Shown here one piece after another: positions 25,347 through 37,600 of a stretch of DNA of 64,000 nt. The notes below the pieces were generated by a model, which saw only the letters and a program-made list of their open reading frames with translations, had not been told where the DNA came from and made no database searches. Numbering within the stretch: position 1 is the first letter of the stretch; each line of letters opens with the position of its first letter. Made by a program: the position numbers and the translations under genes. The stretch comes from Oikopleura dioica (lineage: Eukaryota > Animalia > Chordata): positions 9,672,001 to 9,736,000 of the forward strand of contig OU015567.1 of the NCBI GenBank assembly GCA_907165135.1. Direction: 5' to 3'.

Positions 25347-28300
25347 ATGAACGAAGATGGAATCACAAGAACGCAGTTTATCCCGCATTCAGCACCGATT
25401 TCTGCACTCAAATTTGGAAATGACGCTAGGTACGAGTCTTTACCATTCGTTTATACAGTATGTTCTTACAGTAAATGTCTGCTGGCGACATGTGGCGAGG
25501 ACAGGAAGTTGAAGATCTGGGATGTCTCAAGGGCGGGCCAAACAGCGGCACATTCCTTTGATCTGGTCTCGACTGGCTCCGGGCTCAATTTCAACTCAGA
25601 AGACTCGAAGGTGACCACCGGACTGCAAAACGGCACCATCAAACTTTGGGACTTAGAGAGCTGCAAGGACTTTCGCGTTTTAGCCGGACACAGAGCAGAG
25701 GTGAGCTTTTTTCTCCTTAGATTTTGGAAAGAGAACTGATTGATTAGGTGACTTATGTTGAGCATTATGAATATCACAAGTCAAACTATCTGGCTTCTGC
25801 TTCGATGGCAACCAGTGTTGGAAAAAACCCGCCCGCGAACCCCGCGGGGGCGGCGGGCGGGGGCTGCGGGCGCCCGCGCCCCCCGAACCCGCAAAAAATT
25901 TCGGATTTGGCCCCCGCGCCCGCCCGCGACCGCAAACAATTTCTGATTTGGCCCCGCGCCCGCCCGCGCCCGTACAAAATTTTTCAACCGCCCGGGGCCC
26001 CGGGCGTTGTTATAATTCTCTTCCCTCGCCTTGAATTGAGCTTGACGGCCCAAATGGCCAATTCCCCCTTTTCTCCCTCCTTGGTTTTTGAATTTAAGGG
26101 ATCCCCCTGTTTTTCAACTCTTTATCACAGGTCTCATAGCATGTAAACCTTACGACGAAAAACCAAAATTTCACCCGCCGACGACAATTGTGCCATATAT
26201 GGCACATGGACTTTAATGCCATCGTTTGACCAATAGAATTCCGAAAACCAAACCTTAACCCAAACCGAAACACAGCCCGAAACCTAAACTCGAACATGAA
26301 CCTAGTGTCAATCCCAGACTAGTGACCAAAAATGAATGAAATAGAGTAACCGAAGTGATCGAAGAGAGAAAAATGGGCGTTTAAAAGTTTTTGTGCCATA
26401 TATGGCACACTTGTCGTCGTAAGGTAAAGATTCCCTGTTTTATGAGAATCATTTTGATGTATCACACTATCCCTTAACAAACATCTTAACCCGAAATTTT
26501 GGCAAACGTAAAAATGCATATAAATAGTACTAAGCGTGAAAATCGCATTTTTTCCGCTTTTCAATGTAAATGAAAAAAAACAAAGATCTTTCGATAGCTT
26601 TGAATCAAAGGAAAAAGAATATGCACTAGAATTTCGTCTTAGCCCTGTTCCATGATTTTTGAATTTAAGGGGCTTGACGGCCCTTCGGGCCGTCTCAGCC
26701 CTGTTCCATGATTTTTGAATTTAAGGGGCTTGACGGCCCTTCGGGCCGTCTCAGCCCTGTTCCATGATTTTGAATTTAAGGGGCTTGACGGCCCTTCGGG
26801 CCGTCTCAGCCCTGTTCCATGATTTTTGAATTTAAGGGGCTTGACGGCCCTTCGGGCCGTCTCAGCCCTGTTCCATGATTTTTGAATTTAAGGGGCTTGA
26901 CGGCCCTTCGGGCCGTCTCAGCCCTGTTCCATGATTTTTGAATTTTAGGGCTTGACGGCCCTTCGGGCCGTCTCAGCCCTGTTCCATGATTTTTGAATTT
27001 AAGGGGCTTGACGGCCCTTCGGGCCGTCTCAGCCCTGTTCCATGATTTTTGAATTTAAGGGGCTTGGCTGGGAACTCTAAGTTGATCAATCTCAGTTTTG
27101 TCCCCAACCCCACCCACACCCATCGTTTGAAAAATTCAAATTATCTTAGTTTATCACTCTATTATGGTTTTTATCAAAAATTATTTTTTTTATTTGCTGA
27201 TTTCTGAACCCGCGGGGCTTGCGGGCGCGAGGGTTACGGGCGCCCTCAACCCCCCGGGCGCCCGCGGGCGCGAAAATCTGCGGGGCCCCCGCCCGCGCCC
27301 GCCCGGCCCCGCACGAAATTTTTGAGTTGGCCCCCGCGCCCGCCCGGACCCGCAGGAAATTTAGGAATCGGCCCCCGCGCCCGCCCGCAACCGCGGAAAA
27401 TTTTGAAATCGGCCCCCGCGCCCGCCCGCGCCCGCGGGAAATGTTGCGGGTTTTCCAACACTGATGGCAACTGATATCAAAATGTGGGATATAAGAAAGA
27501 GAGGCGTTTTACTGACGTATGGGGAGCACCAAGCTGCGGTTTCCTGTATAAGATTCAGGTACAAGTCGACTTTAATTCATAAATACTCTTGCTAGTGATT
27601 TGTCAGTGGCCTAATTTTGTCCTTTTTAGTCCAGATGGCCGAAGCATGGTTTCAAGCGACCGAGATGGAATCCTAAAGGTCTGGGATCTGCGAAGCGGGA
27701 AATCGGTGGTGACCAAGTCTGACGCAGCGGGGGAGATAACGGATCTCCAATTCCACCCCTCGGAAATGCTCTTCGCCGCGTCCAGCCAGGTAGAAACAAT
27801 TTCATTCTTTTTCGCTGAGTTTCGTTTCACGCTCAAGTGGGGATCCTCCTAAATACGCTCCTAATTGATAATTTGCTCTCACGTTGTTTTTATAAACCGT
27901 CCGTTATCAGATCTTTGGCCACCTGTTGCTTGAAATTCAATTAATTGAAAGCCGGATGGATATTTTCTTTATCAATTTGGATTTCGCTCTTATCCCTTTT
28001 CATTGATTTTTAAAATTCAGGATGGCCGTTGTTATTTCTACGACTTCGAAAGTTATCAGCTAGTGTCCGTTACTGAGAAAAGCACGAATATTCCGAGCGC
28101 AATTCGATTTTCCTTCGCTGGAGATGTCCTGACCGCGCTGATGGGGGATATTCTTGCAGAGTTTGCCTGGGAACCTGAAGCCAAAAGAACAAAAGCGATT
28201 CACATAAATAATGGAAAGAAGGGCGATCTCATATTGTCGCAGAATAAAGCAATAGCTACTGGCATAAAGGTCTGTCTCCCTGCTTTCCGTTCAGTTTAAC

Positions 28301-29496
28301 CCGATTTTGCAGGAGAAAAATCAGCTGATAGTAAGTGTGGTCGACTCCTCTAAAATCTCGACGAAGCCACGAGCGCGAAAACAACCATCTTCCACGCCGA
28401 AGCAAGTGAAAGCAAACGTCTCCCTTCCAGATCCGAACATAAGCTTGATTTCCGACAGGCCCCGAAACGGCATCCGAGCAAATGCGAACCAGAACAACTC
28501 AACTAAGGAAACGAACGTTTCCCTTCCGGCCAATGCGTACAGCGATGCCTTTTCCTCGGTTCATAAAATTCCTCGCTCGCCGAGAGGTGTAAAAGGTGCC
28601 TAAAATCGATCCGTAAAATCTTCATCGAGCAAAAATTTGTAGCGCCATCAAAACCGAGAGCCCGGGAAGTCAAAGCGGATTTCATGAGCAAAATGAAGCA
28701 AAAGAATGAAAACGACATTCCAGTAGAGATCCACGTAACCCCGGCTCCTGTTGTAAAATCAAAGAGACCACTAGCGATGGTGAAGCCGAATAACTCGATG
28801 GAAATTGACCCGGGCATGCTGGCAAGCCCAGTTTCTCCACAAGTTCAAAAGAATCTGCCCAAGCCTAATAGCATCTTGAGCCTTTTACAACAATCAGTAG
28901 AGGTGAAGAAAGTATTGAAAAATCGACAAGTGGTTCTTGAAGATTGCACAAGGCAACATACGATGGGTAAATTTTGAATCCAAAATTAGAATTTTATAAT
29001 TTTCAGTCGGAGCGCTACGAAAAAGCTACCGAGATCGAGGGGTTATGTACGATTTACTGAGCAATCTTCTATCGATGCCAGATGCGTGGACGCTTGAGTT
29101 GGCAGTGGAAGCAGCGCAAGTAGCATCGCTCCTCGCTCAGTCTTCAGAGGTTCATCATCAAAAGCTCTCTTCCACGGCGCTCAAGCATATCCTCACGCAC
29201 TTCAGACAGACAATAGAACACAGTATCAGTGGCCCCGTAAGTCAAACATAATTTGTTCCTCATTTACCCTTCATAAATGTCATAGATAGTCTTTCATGAT
29301 ATCATGATCAAGTGGGAGTAACAAATTTTTATAGCACGGGATCGGGGTCGACCTTTCAGCAGAGCAACGTCAGCAACGCTCGAAGGAAATTCTCCGCCTG
29401 GTAGACGAGACTCGCAATACATTCCAATCCTCTTCACAGAACGCTACCACATTGAAGGAGATCGATTTCCTCATGCGAAACTTCCAGATTTCCTGA
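25347..29496 (+). CDS. KATNB1: Katanin p80 WD40 subunit B1, interrupted by a transposon in a coding exon
   Basis: WD40 repeats (GEDRKLKIWD, GTIKLWD, DIKMWDIRKRG, FSPDG, FHPSE), a low-complexity middle, and a C-terminal domain (GVDLSAEQRQQR) matching p80. Confidence 0.9.
26148..26424. mobile_element. Nested MITE (277 bp), piggyBac-like ends
   Basis: TIR CCTTACGACGA / TCGTCGTAAGG. Flanking TAAA at 26144-26147 and 26425-26428. Palindrome TGTGCCATATATGGCACA near both ends (26189, 26392). Confidence 0.65.
26641..27065. repeat. 56-bp tandem repeat, about 7.6 copies, each with a perfect hairpin
   Basis: Unit AGCCCTGTTCCATGATTTTTGAATTTAAGGGGCTTGACGGCCCTTCGGGCCGTCTC starts at 26641, 26697, 26753, 26808, 26864, 26920, 26975 and 27031 (partial). 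Confidence 0.97.
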
Positions 29497-29729
29497 TTCC
29501 ACTTCTTCAAACATTCTATCAAGTCACCAACGTCACTTTTGCTTCACTACCCTAGATTTTGACAGCTTTATATTTTCACCAATTCAACAAGTTCATTTTC
29601 AACCAGTTTCAATCCTTTCAAAAAGTAAAAAATGCTATCCTTCTGTAAATTCTGTTTTTTTCGCAAACATTAGCCTGTCGGATAAATCCCATATAGTCTG
29701 ACATTTCTTTCAACCTTCTATCTTTTTAG

Positions 29730-30188
29730 ATGCTCGTAGATCCAGATACTCAAGACGATGATATAAAAGCCTTCGAAGCGCGGCTACAAAAGTCAATCGA
29801 CAATCTCAGACCATACGCTGCAAGATGGAGGTAAGGCTAAAAGGTAGTTTATCAAATAAAGTTTTCTTAGATTATTTCTAATGCTGGTATCGATTCTTAC
29901 CGTACTATGCGCATATTTATGGCTCACTGATCCTGATACCGTAAATACCTCGTTATACACTTCCCTCCGAGCGCATCCAGTGTTCTTCTTCAGGTAAGCT
30001 CAAGTATGCGATCAACTGATTTTACCCTTCATATTTTTAGCTCGCTGACCCTTATCGTGTTATTTACCATCGGAGTCCACAAAAGAGTTGTGGCGCCTTC
30101 GATTCTAGTCCAACGCCTAAGAATATGCCTGGCGGACTTTGGATTCTCAATAACAGAAAACGGGACTTTAATAAACAAGGGAAACTAA
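29730..30188 (+). CDS. CNEP1R1: Nuclear envelope phosphatase regulatory subunit 1 (TMEM188), 3 exons
   Basis: Spliced MLVDPDTQDDDIKAFEARLQKSIDNLRPYAARWRLFLML...DPDT..[37 protein letters not shown] matches the family ([18 protein letters not shown]). Confidence 0.9.
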
Positions 30189-30442
30189 CGATATGTCACT
30201 AGTCTAAGATATTACCTGCCGACTCTGCTCTATTATTTTTCTTAAATTTTCATTGTCTACATGTTCAAACAGATACTTTATCTTGTTACTGCGGTTTCTG
30301 ATTTGGAGATTCAAAGAGAACAAGATCTTATTCGAATTTACAAATCAGATGGAATCGAAATTAACTAAATTTGGCTGATTCAGATCTATAATTGAAAACC
30401 TATCATTTCGATTACGACCTATCTGAATCGCTCATCATAAAA

Positions 30443-33400
30443 ATGGAACCAATGCCGATGTGGGACGGCAGCATGGCGACACCTAACGGAGGAATGCACG
30501 CTTCAGGAAACCAGCAGAATCCAGCCGCACAGCAACATCATCAGCTTCACAATCAACACCAGCTCCCGCCACATTCACAGCACCAGAACGGAAATCCCAA
30601 TCACTTCAACCAGAACATGAGTAACAATCAGATGCCCCCTAGTGATAAGCATAATCCCGTCGGCGCGTGGCAGAGAGGTGGCTGGGACTCCGGCATTCAT
30701 TCAGGTGACACACATTCTTCCTTGATTTCGATTTCAAATTTAGCCGACCAAAAGTCACCTTGCATTCTTTTCTATAGTTGAAAGATCATCAAATGTAACG
30801 AAACCTTAAGGAGCTACCTCTCAGACGCCTTCAATCGTTTCCGGCCAGCACTCAGAACTGTCGGCAATCGTCAGCGAATTCTCAGAGCACATTCCCAACT
30901 TCGAGCAACAGGCCCAACAAGGTGCGCACAATCCAAATGGCCAAACAAACACATCCGCTGTGGAAGCAGCTCAAGAAATGCAACAAATGTTTGACTACCA
31001 AGACGAGGAGGGCATGGCCACAGGAAAAGTTTAAGCTCTTTCAGTTAACTTTAAGATAATTGAAGAGAAAAATTTAAAATGACAAAGTTTGAACTCATAA
31101 AAGCGATTCCAAAGCTCGTCGATTATTTGAAAAACTCTGACACTACAATTGTACAATCAGCTTCGCAAACACTTCATCAGTTTTCAAAACGAGATGCTGC
31201 CAAGAGTCAACTAATTACCCAGCGAAACGTTATTCCTACCCTAATCATCGTCCTCCAGCAGACAAACGACCCCGACACCGCCAGAGCTGTTACTGGTACT
31301 TTGCACAATGTTTCTCAGGTAAATTTAATTTTTCATTGACCAAAGAAATACGAAAAATTCTAGTCCGATCCTGGGCGAAAAATGATCTACCAATCGTCCG
31401 GAATACCTGCCTTGGTTAAAGTTCTCCAGTGCTCGGTAGATGCCGTCGTTTTCTACGCTATCACTACTATCCACAATCTTCTTCTCCACATCAAAGAGTC
31501 CAAGCAAAACCTACGCCAGACAAACGGTCAGTTTCTTATTACATACTGTCTAGTCAACGATCCTTTTAGCGACCCATCTGATGGTAGATCTCTTGCAGAA
31601 AAAGGGGAATGTTAAATTCCTGGCGATTTGTACCGATTGTCTGCACCTCCTTTCCTACCAACACAACGACACAAAAATGCAAATGTTCCAAGCCGGCGCC
31701 GCGCATCACCTAATCAACATAATGAACCAGAATACTTACGAAAAGCTTCTTTGGACAACCTCGAGAGTTTTGAAAGTCCTCTCCGTCTGTAACCAGAATA
31801 AAAGGGCAATCGTTGAGGCTGGCGGAGTTCAGGTAGATATTTCCTTTCGGTGAAAAGTTAATTAATCTAATCAGGCGCTTGGGCTTCATCTTCAAAACGG
31901 CTCGTCGCGATTAATTTCAAACTGTCTTTGGACGTTGAGGAATTTATCAGACTGTGCGACTCATATTGGCGGTCTGAGTCCTCTTCTCCAGGTAATTATC
32001 AACCCGTCTGTCTGAAATGTAACTGATCTTTTTCTAAGGCGCTGTTGCAAAGGCTTAATTCGCAAGATCATCAGAACATTGTGATAGCATGTGGAACCAT
32101 TGCGAATTTGAGTTGCAATAATATACAAAATAAAGTTGACATCGTTCGCCATGGCGGAATTGAAAGCCTTCTCCGCGTCATCCAGCAGGTTGGAGATCGA
32201 GCGGAAATCGTCGAACCGGCTCTATGCGCACTCAAGCATATTACTTCTCGGTAAGATATAGAATATTTTTGTATCGCCATTTATCTTGTCTGAGCAAAAT
32301 AGAAACATCAATTTTAGGCACCCAGAAGCTGATAGAGCTCAAGCAATGGTCCGTGAAGCGATGAATGGAACGGGTCTTCAGCTTTTGCATCGCTTGATTC
32401 AGCCGGGTAGCGCGAAGCCTTCGATAAGAAAGGTAACGAGTACTTCTTGAAATCAAAGAAGACAATTTTGGATTCAGGGAGCGCTGCTGGTGATGAAACA
32501 ATTGGCTCTTGAAGCCGGATGTCGTCGAGCACTCGGCCAGGCGGATATTGTTGGAGAGTTGACTGCGATGGCGATGACTTCTGGATCATCCCTTCAACAA
32601 AACCCTGGTGATAGAGATGCGATAGTAAGAGATGAACCGTGAAGTCAGTTGATTTATTCTTTGTTTTTAGTCGACTCTCGACTCAATTTTCAACATATTT
32701 ATTGGGCTGATAAAAGAGCCAGATTTGAAGATGCGGATAAAGAGTCAACAAAACCTACCCTTTTTCATACAGGTACTTTTGAACTTTTCGCGTCACTTTT
32801 CTAACATGAATACTAGCTCTTCCATCATCAACACCTCCAAATGACAGTCGGTGCGCTTCTCGGAAACCTCTGCGTGACAGAAACCGATGTTCTTCAAGAA
32901 GTCGAGCGTAGTCAAATTCGCGAGCAGGTCGAGCGAGTCTTTCAACACAGTGAAGCCAAGCGAGTTGAAGTTGAGCGGCGGTCAAGGGGAGGTCAAATGG
33001 GAGGCCCCCCTCCTGGACAACAAGGAGGACCACCAGGGCATCCGGGTGGCTTCCAAGGGATGCCTCCAAACTCACAGCATCCTGGAATGGGCCACATGCC
33101 TCCCAACGGTCCGATGGGACATCCTGGTTTCGATCCAGCCATGGGATCTCCTCATGGACACCCTGGTCATCCAAATCATCCTGCTTATCACCAAATGCCT
33201 CCTGGAACTCCAGGACACTACGACCCCAATCAAGGATTTCCGCAGCATCATAATCCCACGATGACTCCTCCAATGACACCTGGTAACAAAAGCCTCCAAA
33301 TAATGAAGTTATTTACTTAAATTTTCAGAAACACAAATGGTTCACCCTGGTTTCCATCCAGGTCAGCCTCATCCCGGACACGGGCCTCCTCAAGGCCATC

Positions 33401-33477
33401 ACATGCCTCCCCACCAACAGCAACAACAAGCTGCTCCCCCGCAAGCGCAGATGAGTAACTGGTTTGAGCCAATTTAA
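30443..33477 (+). CDS. CTNNB1: Beta-catenin/armadillo, divergent
   Basis: [14 protein letters not shown] degron (across intron 30705-30810). ARM repeats with [29 protein letters not shown] and [18 protein letters not shown]-rich C-terminus ending NWFEPI. Confidence 0.93.
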
Positions 33478-34204
33478 CAATCGCGGAATCACAAAAAAAA
33501 CTGACAAAAAATCGTATTTCTTCCCACCCACTGCGTCTCAAGAATAATTCTTTTCTGTAAACTATTCACTGCATTCTCATTCATCTTTCTTTTTTGTTAC
33601 GGCCAAAAGAGCAAACCGGGTTTGTTTTCGTTGCCTCCTGAATTCTGTAACTTACCTTCGACCAATATTCCTGCGCTGTTTTGTTTTTGATTCCCGAAAA
33701 AGTATGCAACTGCCCTGTTTCGAACCGAAATTCAACCCCGTCAAAAAGCCAATATTCGAGCTACTTCGTTCCTCGAAATCTTCCCACGAAAAAAGCCTTC
33801 CCTCATGTACAATTTCCAAAAAGAAAAAAAAACGAAAAATGACACACTCGCTCAGACTCCTGGAAATGCAGATGCGTTAAAATCCACTTGCCATGTTTCT
33901 TTATTACACGTTTATAATTTCTATCATTAGTAAAAAGAAAACTCTGCAGTACACTCCCACATCCAAACTCGTTACAGTTTAGTACAGCAAATAAATCAAG
34001 TTCAACGATCAATCTGTTGTCTCGTTAATTTTTAAAGAGTGTATGTTCAACAGGCAGTTGGCCTAGATAGCATCAACCTAGAGGGAGGAATCTAGACGTC
34101 TGAAATTGCGGTTTTATGATCCCCTGTAATCCCAATAACCTTTTCCAACAGATTGGTCTTCAGCTTGTGGAAAAGTCATTGTTCACAGAGAGACTTTTTT
34201 CAGA

Positions 34205-36231
34205 ATGATAAACCCAGAGCAGCAGCAACCACAACAGAGCGATATGCAACAGGCCCTGGCTGATTTTTGGCAGCATCGTATTGCCGAGGTTTGTTTCAGC
34301 TGCCTGTATCAGGAGCGTACAAGTTAATTCAGATGCGATCCTTGAGACCTGATCATTTCAAGCAGCAGGAGTTGCCGCTTGCGCGAATAAAAAAAATCAT
34401 GAAAGTAAGTTTTTGTCCTTTTTAAATAGTCTTTGTTGCCCTCTAATTTTTATTGGCAAATTACAGTCACAGTTACAGGCTAATTTTAATCTCGTAAAGC
34501 ACAGTGACAAGGGATACAACACTACATGCATATTGATGTGCATAAATATAAATCTGAGAAGAGAGGAGGAGAGAGTGTGCGGCGGTATACTGGGGCTCTT
34601 AGATAGATTTGTGGGGTCATCTTTTGAAGAGTAGGCATTCATTGATTTTCTGTGACAGATCTCAATAACAGTAATCCGCTCATAGATCCTTTTTCTTTCT
34701 GTTTTTTTACTCTCCGTCTTTTTTACTTGCAAAGAGAATAATTTTTGGAAAGTTGCATAAAAGGTGATTAATATTTTGCACAAAAGTACGTAGATAAGCC
34801 GCGTAGAATCCAATATAAGAAGCACATTATGTATTCCGTTTCGAACTCAGTGTGGAACATGTTTGCGTTAAAAATAGATTCACAGGATTGAAGTTAAATC
34901 CAATTAGGACGATAGAAATAATTATCTGTCGCGTTCTTGTCTCATGTTGAATTCAGATCGATGAAGATGTCCGAATGATTAGCTCGGAAGCGCCGCTTCT
35001 TTTCGCTAAAGCCGCTCAAGTTTTCATCAATGAGGTAAGATGCAACCTAAGAGCTGCGCTAGAGAAAAATACCACTCTTAATTTCTTTCTAATGCCAATT
35101 TCTTCGTGGTGCCTCTCTAAGTTTTCTTTGTAAGCGTGATTTTCGCTTAAGAGTATCATTGAAAATCGCTAGGAGTTATTTTAGTCTTTATCGCAACGAT
35201 GGCATCGTAAGTTTTTATTTAATTTTATCTCTCTCGTGAAAGCTTGGCGAGTTTAACTAAAGTAAATGCTAAATTATGAGAAATTATAATCATATCCATC
35301 CTATCATTCCTATCATGGAACAAGATCGAAATTCGTTTCATCAAGGCCGTTTTGTAAAAAGAGAGCTTGTCCTTATTTGATTTTCTTAGAGAAAAGAAAC
35401 CATTCCATTTTCCGATAAGCATGTCACCTTAAAAGCTAACCTTGTCTGAATCTTTTCAAATCGCGACCGCAAATTGAAATAGGGGAGTAATTTTATCGAT
35501 TGGGCGCTATCGATTCTGTAATGTTTTTTGTTGAATTTTTAAAAATTTAATATACCTCGTTCTCTGCCTCGTTCGACAATGAGTGGCTCCATTACAATGT
35601 TAAACAATTTCATTACATTTTTGGCTAGCTGACTCTCCGCGCCTGGATTCATACTGAGGACTCGAAGCGACGTACTCTTCAGAGAAACGACATCGCCATG
35701 GCTGTCCACAAGTTCGACCAGGTAAAACGGAATAAACCCCACTCAAGCAGAGCCCCTTGCTATTTTATTTATTCAGTGTCGTTGACTCAGTATCCTTTCA
35801 CTTAACGTCATTAACAGTGACTTTAGTTTGACTTTCTAATTGACATTGTTCCACGCGACGAAATTCACAAACAATCCTCACAAAGGAAAGGGCTTATATT
35901 CAATATTCAAGAGCAATTGATTCTCAAGTCAGGGATGCGCAAAGAAAAAAACGAAAGCAAATATTTTCTTGCAGGTTGTTTAAAAGTATATAAATAAGTC
36001 CTTAAAGAAGCACCGCATCAGTTGTTCACACGACATCTTCACAGCCGATGGTCGCCACTTCTGGCGCGGGAGGACAGACGGTAAGTCAATAACTCAGAGA
36101 GAGGGGGAGTGGGAGAGAAAATAGATTTACTGGCCTTTCTGTGCTCATCATTTATTTTTCAGTATTACGTGACACTAACAGCTTCCGAGCTAAACGGCAA
36201 CCAACAAGTCGTCATTCAAAATCCGCAATAA
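34205..36231 (+). CDS. NFYC: Nuclear transcription factor Y subunit gamma
   Basis: Spliced [82 protein letters not shown], the NF-YC histone fold. Confidence 0.95.
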
Positions 36232-36481
36232 GCAGCAGCCCAGCTGGATTGGCCAATTGCTCGCCAATTTGAACAACGTTGAATCTCCAACAATTCCAAA
36301 CAAATTCTTTTCCGATGCTTTTCAAAAAATGATCGGAATTATCTCTACTGCCCGATTTCCTTTTTATAAAGGTCTTACTTCTTCGACCTTGAATTTACTA
36401 GACAAAATACTTGTGCTTTTACTGAATTGAAATCAACGACGAGTACCACTTTTAGACTGAAGTAAAAACGGATGTCTTTAA

Positions 36482-37600
36482 ATGGAGGGTTTTGAAATCA
36501 ACGAACAGATCGGAAAAGTAAGTTTTTATTATAACCAGTGATAAGTTTAACCGTAGGGATTTTTCTCAACCGTTTACGCGGCGCGAATATGTAATGAAGA
36601 CAGAAAAATCGCAATGAAAGTGATTGACTTGACAAGCGCATCAAAGGGAGGGCGACTCAGACTGAGAGGAATCGGCGTTCAATAATTAACGCTAATTTTC
36701 TGAGAACCCTTCAACTTCATCTCAAGGATAAATCAATTTTGACACCGAGGAAAAGAAAGATCGTTACAACGCGAGATTGAAATATCGAAGAAAGTAAAGA
36801 GGTATTCTTTAGAAAACAATACGAGATTCTAAGAGGATTTTAGTGAAAATTGCGTTGAGCTAGTGGCACATTTCCAGCATCAAAACTTGTGAGTAGCCGT
36901 GTTTTCGTGTGCGCGTGTGAGAAAAGGAAAGCCAAGTGTTCTGAGGTACATATTTTATGAAGAGAGTACCAAAAATAACAGCTCGTTTCAGGCATTACCT
37001 TGCTTATGAGTTCATGCCCTCTGGTGACCTCCAAAATTTGATTTTCAAAACGGGAAAAATGAACTCAACGAAAAGTCATAGGCAGGGCTCCGAATGAATC
37101 CAAGGAGACTTCAAATTAAAGTAATTTCTTCGGCGAATTTAAAAATTTATCAAATCTGAATTCGAAAGGTGCCCGCGATTAGCGTGATCAGCCAAATCCT
37201 CTCCGGCCTCGTCCATATTCACACGCTGCAAATTATTCATCGAGGTACAATTGAGCTTTTGTCTTTGGCTTTTTCACTTTTCGAGCGATTTAGATTTAAA
37301 GCCTGCAAATATTTTACTTGACGCAGAACGTGGCAGCTTCAAAATCGCCGACTTTGGCCTCGCCATAGAGAGTAAAGGAACACGAGCGTGGTTCGGCCAC
37401 GCTGGAACCGCGGGCTTCATTGCGCCTGAAGTCTATCTTCGACAAAGCTACGATGAGCAAGTCGATTGTTGGTGCTTGGGTGCCATTTACGCTTTTATAG
37501 CGACGGGAAGGCCGATTTTCTGGAGCGAAGATAAAGGTGCTATTATCTTTCTATTGTTGATTTAACCCCTTAGCGGCTAAGCCGAAGGTCAACTAAAATA
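36482..37600 (+). CDS. Divergent CaMKII-derived Ser/Thr kinase, C-terminally truncated or degenerate
   Basis: Spliced [67 protein letters not shown]. No recognisable regulatory or hub domain. The 3' end is uncertain and it may be a pseudogene. Confidence 0.7.

Larger units (their letters stand above)
25813..27463. mobile_element. Non-autonomous hAT-type DNA transposon (1651 bp)
   Basis: TIRs CAGTGTTGGAAAA(AA)CCCGC and GCGGGTTTTCCAACACTG. 8-bp TSD ATGGCAAC at 25805-25812 and 27464-27471. GC-rich subterminal direct repeats GGCCCCCGCGCCCGCCCGC at about 40-nt period at both ends. No transposase ORF. Confidence 0.93.

Noticed and set aside
25748-27564. Pro/Arg/Ala/Gly-rich ORFs at 25748-26146 and 27219-27564
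   Set aside because: They are translations of the GC-rich subterminal repeats of the hAT element, not genes.
30742-30780. Internal AG in the first beta-catenin intron that would give ...[18 protein letters not shown] (poison acceptor)
   Set aside because: AG dinucleotides after a pyrimidine stretch are common. There is no independent evidence of use, and the distal acceptor restores the conserved degron.
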